IMG/VR virus record: IMGVR_UViG_2671181040_000009
Strand: one strand, 5' to 3'
Source of the DNA: a virus
Taxonomy: Duplodnaviria; Heunggongvirae; Uroviricota; Caudoviricetes
DNA: 4,077 nucleotides
In this document: positions 1 through 4,077 of the stretch, in pieces
Numbering within the stretch: position 1 is the stretch's first letter
How the letters are laid out: each line of letters opens with the position of its first letter
Notes under the pieces: model-generated
The model's database searches: none
What the model was told of the DNA's origin: nothing
What the model saw: the letters and a program-made list of their open reading frames with translations, nothing else
Made by a program: the position numbers and the translations under genes

Positions 1-99
1 CTTCCATCGGAAACGATGATCTGGCAGCCTGAGTTCACAGATAAAACACTCTCCAGGAAACCCGGGGCGGTTCAGAGAGGTGCTGGCTCAAAAGGATAG
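1..99 (+). CDS. 3' end of an upstream ORF open at the window start (frame 1, stop TAG 97-99); identity unknown, possibly C-terminus of a Q-like late antiterminator by position only
   Basis: Frame 1 is open from base 1 to TAG at 97-99 (LPSETMIWQPEFTDKTLSRKPGAVQRGAGSKG*); the other two + frames hit stops within 30 nt. It sits just upstream of a tR'-like terminator and the lysis cassette, where lambdoid phages carry Q. I do not recognise the residues themselves. Confidence 0.25.
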   Translation, partial: LPSETMIWQPEFTDKTLSRKPGAVQRGAGSKG

Positions 100-262
100 A
101 TGTACTTCACATGTTGCTTCTATATGGCAGTACATTTTCTGACAGACAGTGACGGATGTTGTCAAGATATTGTGTCATTTATAACCTGAATCAGGGGAGG
201 CCGGAATGTTATCTGGCATTTTTAGCAGAGCCTGAATGCCATAATCACGGCTCCCGGCGTTG

Positions 263-299
263 GCCGTCAGTGGGTGACACTGGCGGCTTTTTTGTTTTT
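263..299 (+). terminator. Rho-independent terminator in the tR' position, upstream of the holin gene
   Basis: Stem 263-272 GCCGTCAGTG pairs with 278-287 CACTGGCGGC (10 bp, one G-U pair at 267/283), loop GGTGA, followed directly by TTTTTTGTTTTT (288-299). Seen directly in the sequence. Confidence 0.7.
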
Positions 300-343
300 C
301 TTTACTTTCATTTTCTGTCGGCGGTGACGGAGACATACATCAG

Positions 344-550
344 ATGGAAAAAATCACAACAGGTGTGTCATACACCACGTCAGCGGTGGGGACGGGATAC
401 TGGTTACTGCAGCTGCTGGACAAAGTCTCTCCGTCCCAGTGGGTGGCAATAGGTGTGCTGGGAAGTCTGCTGTTTGGCCTGCTGACGTATCTGACAAATC
501 TTTATTTCAAGATTAAAGAAGATAAGCGTAAGGCTGCGAGAGGTGAATAA
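344..550 (+). CDS. S: Class II holin (pinholin), phage 21 S21-type, 68 aa
   Basis: [68 protein letters not shown] closely matches my recollection of the S21 / DLP12 EssD pinholin (...[24 protein letters not shown]...[21 protein letters not shown]). Two predicted TMDs: a weakly hydrophobic Gly/Ser/Thr-rich TMD1 and a TMD2, with a charged C-terminus. GGAG at 329-332 as SD. Stop TAA 548-550 overlaps the next start (TAATG). Confidence 0.9.
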   Translation: MEKITTGVSYTTSAVGTGYWLLQLLDKVSPSQWVAIGVLGSLLFGLLTYLTNLYFKIKEDKRKAARGE

Positions 551-1047
551 TGTCGCCGTCATTACGCAAGGCTGTTGCAGCTGCTATTGGTGGTGGGGCT
601 GTTGCCATAGCGTCTGTGCTCATCACTGGTCCAGGTGGTAACGATGGTCTGGAAGGTGTCAGCTACATACCATACAAAGATATCGTTGGCGTATGGACTG
701 TATGTCACGGACACACCGGAAAAGACATCATGCCCGGTAAAACGTATACCGAAGCAGAATGCAAAGCCCTCCTGAATAAAGACCTTGCCACGGTCGCCAG
801 ACAAATTAACCCGTACATCAACGTCGATATACCGGAAACAACGCGCGGCGCTCTTTACTCGTTCGTTTACAACGTGGGCGCTGGCAATTTCAGAACATCG
901 ACGCTTCTTCGCAAAATAAACCAGGGCGATATCAAAGGCGCATGTGATCAGCTACGGCGCTGGACATACGCTGGCGGTAAGCAATGGAAAGGGCTGATGA
1001 CTCGCCGCGAGATTGAGCGTGAAGTCTGTTTGTGGGGGCAACAATGA
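550..1047 (+). CDS. R: SAR (signal-anchor-release) endolysin, T4-lysozyme-like muramidase (GH24), phage 21 R21-type, 165 aa
   Basis: N-terminal Gly/Ala-rich SAR domain ([23 protein letters not shown]) followed by a lysozyme core with E35, D44 and T50 in the positions of the catalytic triad ([17 protein letters not shown]). Near-identical to R21 / DLP12 RrrD as I recall them. Start ATG 550 overlaps the holin stop; GAGGTG as SD. Confidence 0.93.
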   Translation: MSPSLRKAVAAAIGGGAVAIASVLITGPGGNDGLEGVSYIPYKDIVGVWTVCHGHTGKDIMPGKTYTEAECKALLNKDLATVARQINPYINVDIPETTRGALYSFVYNVGAGNFRTSTLLRKINQGDIKGACDQLRRWTYAGGKQWKGLMTRREIEREVCLWGQQ

Positions 1048-1481
1048 GCAGGGTAACCGTTATTATCTCCGCTCTGGTTATCTGCATTATCGCCTGCCTG
1101 TCATGGGCTGTTAATCATTACCGTGATAACGCCATCGCCTACAAAGAGCAGCGCGATAAAGCCACATCCATCATCGCTGATATGCAGAAGCGGCAACGTG
1201 ATGTAGCAGAACTTGACGCCAGATACACAAAGGAGCTTGCTGATGCTAATGCGACTATCGAAAGTCTCCGTGCTGATGTTTCTGCTGGGCGTAAGCGCCT
1301 GCAAGTCTCCGCCACCTGTGCAAAGTCAACGACCGGAGCCAGCAGCATGGGCGATGGAGAAAGCCCAGGACTTACAGCAGATGCTGAACTCAATTATTAC
1401 CGTCTCCGAGGTGGAATCGACAAGATAACCGCGCAGGTTAACTACCTGCAGGAATACATCAGGACGCAGTGCTTAAAATAA
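1044..1481 (+). CDS. Rz: Rz i-spanin (inner-membrane spanin subunit), lambda-like, 145 aa from ATG 1044
   Basis: [31 protein letters not shown]... matches the lambda Rz N-terminus ([31 protein letters not shown]). N-terminal TMD then a charged coiled-coil periplasmic domain. ATG 1044-1046 overlaps the endolysin stop TGA 1045-1047 (ATGA). The ORF track starts at GTG 1032, but ATG 1044 matches the lambda Rz start and is preceded by a GGGGG SD. Confidence 0.9.
   Translation: MSRVTVIISALVICIIACLSWAVNHYRDNAIAYKEQRDKATSIIADMQKRQRDVAELDARYTKELADANATIESLRADVSAGRKRLQVSATCAKSTTGASSMGDGESPGLTADAELNYYRLRGGIDKITAQVNYLQEYIRTQCLK
1243..1428 (+). CDS. Rz1: Rz1 o-spanin (outer-membrane lipoprotein spanin subunit), embedded in the +1 frame of Rz, about 61 aa
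   Basis: ORF in the +1 frame lies entirely inside Rz. From ATG 1243: [36 protein letters not shown]..., with a lipobox-like VSAC and a Pro-rich mature region, as in lambda Rz1. AGGAG SD at 1231-1235, 7 nt upstream. The track start at TTG 1213 is less likely. Confidence 0.75.
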   Translation: MLMRLSKVSVLMFLLGVSACKSPPPVQSQRPEPAAWAMEKAQDLQQMLNSIITVSEVESTR

Positions 1482-1518
1482 TTTTAATTTCACTGAAATT
1501 TAACAAGTGACTTTCAGG

Positions 1519-1548
1519 AAAATGCCTCGCAGATGCGGGGCATTTTTG
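1519..1548 (+). terminator. Rho-independent terminator downstream of Rz/Rz1
   Basis: GC-rich stem 1524-1530 GCCTCGC pairing with 1535-1541 GCGGGGC (one G-U), tetraloop AGAT, extended by A:T pairs (1519-1523 with 1542-1546), followed by a T-run at 1543-1547. An A-tract upstream allows bidirectional function. Confidence 0.7.
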
Positions 1549-1699
1549 TACCGGTATTTCACCGCGCACCGCAGCGCACAATAAACACCGAACCTGACCC
1601 TTTGGAATGGGCCTTTGAGGATACCAGTTAGTGCTGGCGAGCCTCGGTGGGCTGGTTTCCTGTGCGGCAAAGGTTCATTTCAAAGAAGCAGGCAACGCC

Positions 1700-2248
1700 A
1701 TGAATGAATTAATTGCGAATCATGACTTCGACTTTCGCCAGTTAGTTACCGCAGCAGAAGGTCAACCGGTAACTGACACCTTCCAGATTGCCAGGGCATT
1801 TGGTAAACGCCATCAGCATGTGATTAGGGCTATTAAATGTTTGAGATGTTCTGAGGAATTCTCGACAACCCATTTTTGGGCCGTCGAGAAAATCAATGAC
1901 TTAGGTATTTTTGACAAGAAACAGATTTACTACCGCATGGACTTTAGTGGCTTCGTTATGCTGGTTATGGGATTTAACGGGGCAAAAGCCGATGCTGTTA
2001 AAGAAGCCTATATCAATGCGTTTAACTGGATGTCAGCAGAACTCCGTAAGTACAGCGAAAGTTATGAAGCAGAACGTAACGCCGTAATGCTGGAGTACAT
2101 GAAAGAGAAGGATGTCGCCAGCATGTCAGGCCGTCTGCTCAATCGCTGGGGGAGAACGAAAAAAACTCAATTGCTTGCAAAGCTGGAACGTCTGGAGAGA
2201 CAGGGACAGTTTTTATTACCGGGATTCGATAAAGGTATTCAAGCCTGA
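1700..2248 (+). CDS. Rha-family phage regulatory protein (Phage_pRha-like domain), about 182 aa from ATG 1700; alternative GTG start at 1631
   Basis: Motifs VTDTFQIARAFGKRHQHVIRAIK and GFVMLVMGFNGAKADAVKEAYINAFNWM resemble the conserved Rha-domain blocks (FGKRHdnVlRdI and LLvMgftGkkA...YIeaFN) as I recall them. The short C-terminal tail is helical and charged. Start is ambiguous: ATG 1700 (MNELIANHDF...) or GTG 1631 with a GAGGA SD 9 nt upstream. Confidence 0.6.
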   Translation: MNELIANHDFDFRQLVTAAEGQPVTDTFQIARAFGKRHQHVIRAIKCLRCSEEFSTTHFWAVEKINDLGIFDKKQIYYRMDFSGFVMLVMGFNGAKADAVKEAYINAFNWMSAELRKYSESYEAERNAVMLEYMKEKDVASMSGRLLNRWGRTKKTQLLAKLERLERQGQFLLPGFDKGIQA

Positions 2249-2273
2249 CACATTATGCGCTGTATCGTCGCCG

Positions 2274-2338
2274 TATTCCCGCATTAACCATGACCGTAGC
2301 CCGACGGGGAATTCCTTCTGCGTGAGTGTGCGGGAATA
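2274..2338. repeat. Perfect 10-bp inverted repeat (TATTCCCGCA / TGCGGGAATA) flanking a 45-bp spacer, just after the Rha-like stop
   Basis: 2274-2283 TATTCCCGCA is the exact reverse complement of 2329-2338 TGCGGGAATA. Seen directly. No T-run follows on the + strand. Confidence 0.5.
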
Positions 2339-2435
2339 ATCAAAAACGATGCACACCGGGTTTTACTGTGCTGACAGACGCAGGGTTACCCTCATAGTCG
2401 CTTTTCCGGTGCGATGGTGGAAGAAACCGGGATGT

Positions 2436-2630
2436 TCATCCATCATCACTTTGGATTGATGTATATGCTCTCTTTTCTGACGTTAGTCTCCGACGGCAGG
2501 CTTCAATGACCCAGGCTGAGAAATTCCCGGACCCTTTTTGCTCAAGAGCGATGTTAATTTGTTCAATCATTTGGTTAGGAAAGCGGATGTTGCGGGTTGT
2601 TGTTCTGCGGGTTCTGTTCTTCGTTGACAT
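2436..2630 (-). CDS. ylcI: Small ribbon-helix-helix-like DNA-binding protein, YlcI/YnfO (DUF3950)-like, 64 aa
   Basis: Reverse-strand ORF MSTKNRTRRTTTRNIRFPNQMIEQINIALEQKGSGNFSAWVIEACRRRLTSEKRAYTSIQSDDG: basic N-terminus, then a beta-strand/helix/helix pattern (NIRFP / NQMIEQINIALEQ / NFSAWVIEACRRRL) typical of Arc/CopG-type RHH proteins. Same length (64 aa) and same position beside the Nu1 homologue as ylcI in E. coli K-12 DLP12, as I recall. ATG confirmed as reverse complement of 2628-2630. SD is weak. Confidence 0.6.
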   Translation of the reverse strand: MSTKNRTRRTTTRNIRFPNQMIEQINIALEQKGSGNFSAWVIEACRRRLTSEKRAYTSIQSDDG

Positions 2631-2691
2631 GAGGTTGCCCCGTATTCAGTGTCGCTGATTTGTATTGTCTGAAGTTGTTTTTACGTTAAGT

Positions 2692-2724
2692 TGACGCAGA
2701 TCAATTAATACGATACCTGCGTCA
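2692..2724. promoter_or_regulatory. 8-bp inverted repeat TGACGCAG / CTGCGTCA with a 17-bp AT-rich spacer; candidate operator or promoter element in the divergent region between the ylcI-like gene and Nu1
   Basis: 2692-2699 TGACGCAG and 2717-2724 CTGCGTCA are exact reverse complements. The surrounding 2640-2800 is AT-rich with recurring TGAC(G/A) motifs at about 2625, 2692, 2737 and 2767. Function is inferred, not shown. Confidence 0.35.
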
Positions 2725-2798
2725 TAATTGATTATTTGACGTGGTTTGATGGCGTAGATGCACGTTGTGACATGTAGATGATAATTATTATCATTTTA

Positions 2799-2815
2799 CT
2801 GTCGTTTCCTTTCTC
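2799..2815 (+). promoter_or_regulatory. cosB R1-like Nu1 binding element (CTGTCGTTTCCTTTCTC), the only lambda cos element retained
   Basis: Matches lambda R1 (lambda coordinates about 151-167, CTGTCGTTTCCTTTCTC) as I recall the lambda left end. Lambda-identical sequence continues from here into Nu1, but the sequence upstream of about 2799 does not match lambda. Confidence 0.55.
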
Positions 2816-2838
2816 TGTTTTTGTCCGTGGAATGAACA

Positions 2839-3384
2839 ATGGAAGTCAACAAAAAGCAGCTGGCTGACATTTTCGGTGCGAGTATCCGTACCATTCAGAA
2901 CTGGCAGGAACAGGGAATGCCCGTTCTGCGAGGCGGTGGCAAGGGTAATGAGGTGCTTTATGACTCTGCCGCCGTCATAAAATGGTATGCCGAAAGGGAT
3001 GCTGAAATTGAGAACGAAAAGCTGCGCCGGGAAGTTGAAGAACTGCGGCAGGCCAGCGAGACAGATCTCCAGCCAGGGACTATTGAGTACGAACGCCATC
3101 GACTTACGCGTGCGCAGGCCGACGCACAGGAGCTGAAAAATGCCAGAGACTCCGCTGAAGTGGTGGAAACCGCATTCTGTACTTTCGTGCTGTCGCGGAT
3201 CGCAGGTGAAATTGCCAGTATTCTCGACGGGATCCCCCTGTCGGTGCAGCGGCGTTTTCCGGAACTGGAAAACCGACATGTTGATTTCCTGAAACGGGAT
3301 ATCATCAAAGCCATGAACAAAGCAGCCGCGCTGGATGAACTGATACCGGGGTTGCTGAGTGAATATATCGAACAGTCAGGTTAA
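2839..3384 (+). CDS. Nu1: Terminase small subunit gpNu1 (lambda Nu1-type), 181 aa
   Basis: MEVNKKQLADIFGASIRTIQNWQEQGMPVLRGGGKGNEVLYDSAAVIKWYAERDAEIENEKLRREVEELRQ... is essentially lambda gpNu1 (N-terminal winged-HTH DNA-binding domain) with a few substitutions. The 546-nt length and spacing to A match lambda coordinates 191-736. Confidence 0.95.
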   Translation: MEVNKKQLADIFGASIRTIQNWQEQGMPVLRGGGKGNEVLYDSAAVIKWYAERDAEIENEKLRREVEELRQASETDLQPGTIEYERHRLTRAQADAQELKNARDSAEVVETAFCTFVLSRIAGEIASILDGIPLSVQRRFPELENRHVDFLKRDIIKAMNKAAALDELIPGLLSEYIEQSG

Positions 3385-4077
3385 CAGGCTGCGGCATTTT
3401 GTCCGCGCCGGGCTTCGCTCACTGTTCAGGCCGGAGCCACAGACCGCCGTTGAATGGGCGGATGCCAATTACTATCTCCCGAAAGAATCCGCATACCAGG
3501 AAGGGCGCTGGGAAACACTGCCCTTTCAGCGGGCCATCATGAATGCGATGGGCAGCGACTACATCCGTGAGGTGAATGTGGTGAAGTCTGCCCGTGTCGG
3601 TTATTCCAAAATGCTGCTGGGTGTTTATGCCTACTTTATAGAGCATAAGCAGCGCAACACCCTTCTCTGGTTGCCGACGGATGGTGATGCCGAGAACTTT
3701 ATGAAAACCCACGTTGAGCCGACCATCCGCGATATTCCGTCGCTGCTGGCGCTGGCTCCGTGGTATGGCAAAAAGCACCGGGATAACACGCTCACTATGA
3801 AGCGTTTTTCCAATGGTCGTGGCTTCTGGTGCCTGGGCGGTAAAGCGGCAAAAAACTACCGTGAAAAGTCGGTGGATGTGGCGGGTTATGATGAACTTGC
3901 TGCCTTTGATGAGGATATTGAACAGGAAGGCTCTCCGACGTTCCTGGGTGACAAGCGTATTGAAGGCTCGGTCTGGCCAAAGTCCATCCGTGGCTCCACG
4001 CCCAAAGTGAGAGGCACCTGCCAGATTGAGCGTGCAGCCAGTGAATCCCCGCATTTTATGCGTTTTCATGTTGCCTG
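3359..4077 (+). CDS. A: Terminase large subunit gpA (lambda A-type), 5' portion only (first about 239 codons), truncated by the window end
   Basis: Translation from 3359 gives MNISNSQVNRLRHFVRAGLRSLFRPEPQTAVEWADANYYLPKESAYQEGRWETLPFQRAIMNAMGSDYIREVNVVKSARVGYSKMLLGVYAYFIEHKQRN..., matching the lambda gpA N-terminus as I recall it, with a few substitutions. The start codon here is GTG (3359-3361), directly after an in-frame TGA at 3356-3358, and it overlaps the Nu1 3' end by 26 nt as in lambda (A at 711, Nu1 ending 736). Absent from the ORF track because it has no stop in the window. Confidence 0.93.
   Translation, partial: MNISNSQVNRLRHFVRAGLRSLFRPEPQTAVEWADANYYLPKESAYQEGRWETLPFQRAIMNAMGSDYIREVNVVKSARVGYSKMLLGVYAYFIEHKQRNTLLWLPTDGDAENFMKTHVEPTIRDIPSLLALAPWYGKKHRDNTLTMKRFSNGRGFWCLGGKAAKNYREKSVDVAGYDELAAFDEDIEQEGSPTFLGDKRIEGSVWPKSIRGSTPKVRGTCQIERAASESPHFMRFHVA

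Noticed and set aside
100-260. tRNA genes between the upstream ORF and the terminator, as in some Stx phages
   Set aside because: No cloverleaf-compatible acceptor and anticodon stem pattern was apparent by eye. This was not checked with a tRNA search tool, so the rejection is soft.
156-452. 98-aa + strand ORF spanning the region upstream of the holin
   Set aside because: It runs through the tR'-like terminator hairpin and T-tract and overlaps the holin start out of frame. No convincing SD, and the product is not protein-like.
562-804. 80-aa minus-strand ORF
   Set aside because: Antisense to the SAR endolysin gene. Shadow ORF.
1213-1242. TTG start at 1213 for Rz1, giving the 71-aa track ORF
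   Set aside because: ATG 1243 has an AGGAG SD 7 nt upstream and gives a lambda-Rz1-sized lipoprotein. The extra 10 residues ([10 protein letters not shown]) are not signal-peptide-like.
1101-1393. Minus-strand ORFs of 67 aa (1101-1304) and 84 aa (1139-1393)
   Set aside because: Antisense to Rz/Rz1, which already fill two + frames. Shadow ORFs.
1631-1699. N-terminal extension MLASLGGLVSC as a lipoprotein signal on the Rha-like protein
   Set aside because: No positively charged n-region and too short an h-region, and Rha-family proteins are cytoplasmic regulators. Kept only as an alternative start site.
2112-2339. 75-aa + strand ORF overlapping the 3' end of the Rha-like gene
   Set aside because: Out-of-frame overlap with the better-supported Rha-like ORF, and it runs across the inverted repeat. 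No SD and no recognisable features.
2791-3320. Minus-strand ORFs of 162 aa (2791-3279) and 120 aa (2958-3320)
   Set aside because: Both are antisense to Nu1, which is a near-lambda terminase small subunit. Shadow ORFs.
3631-4010. Small ORFs at 3631-3813 (-), 3795-3980 (-) and 3813-4010 (+)
   Set aside because: All lie inside the gpA coding region in other frames or on the other strand. Shadow ORFs.
3419-4069. 216-aa ORF on the minus strand
   Set aside because: Lies entirely antisense to the gpA coding sequence, whose + strand translation is a clear terminase large subunit. Its product is Arg/Gly/Phe-rich low-complexity. Shadow ORF.
1-4077. CRISPR arrays, IS elements or transposase genes
   Set aside because: No regularly spaced direct repeats, no terminal inverted repeats flanking a transposase-like ORF, and all large ORFs are accounted for by phage genes.

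Overview
This window reads as the late-region junction of a lambdoid (lambda/21-type mosaic) phage or prophage, nearly all on the + strand. In order: the 3' end of an unidentified upstream ORF (1-99); a strong intrinsic terminator in the tR' position (263-299); a lysis cassette of phage-21 type, with a class II pinholin (344-550) and a SAR endolysin (550-1047), followed by lambda-like Rz/Rz1 spanins (1044-1481, with Rz1 embedded at 1243-1428); a second intrinsic terminator (1519-1548); an accessory segment with a Rha-family regulatory protein (1700-2248, +) and a 64-aa YlcI-like ribbon-helix-helix protein (2436-2630, - strand); then terminase small subunit Nu1 (2839-3384) and the 5' part of terminase large subunit A (3359 to the window end). 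The gpA ORF is missing from the supplied ORF track, apparently because it runs off the window edge; the 216-aa minus-strand ORF listed there is its antisense shadow. Most of this is well-described phage biology. The points most worth a second look are that the lambda-type cosN (GGGCGGCGACCT) is absent where it should lie upstream of Nu1, with lambda homology starting abruptly at the R1 element, and the Rha/YlcI accessory segment with its inverted repeats. All homology statements rest on my recollection of the lambda, phage 21 and E. coli K-12 DLP12 sequences; no search was run.
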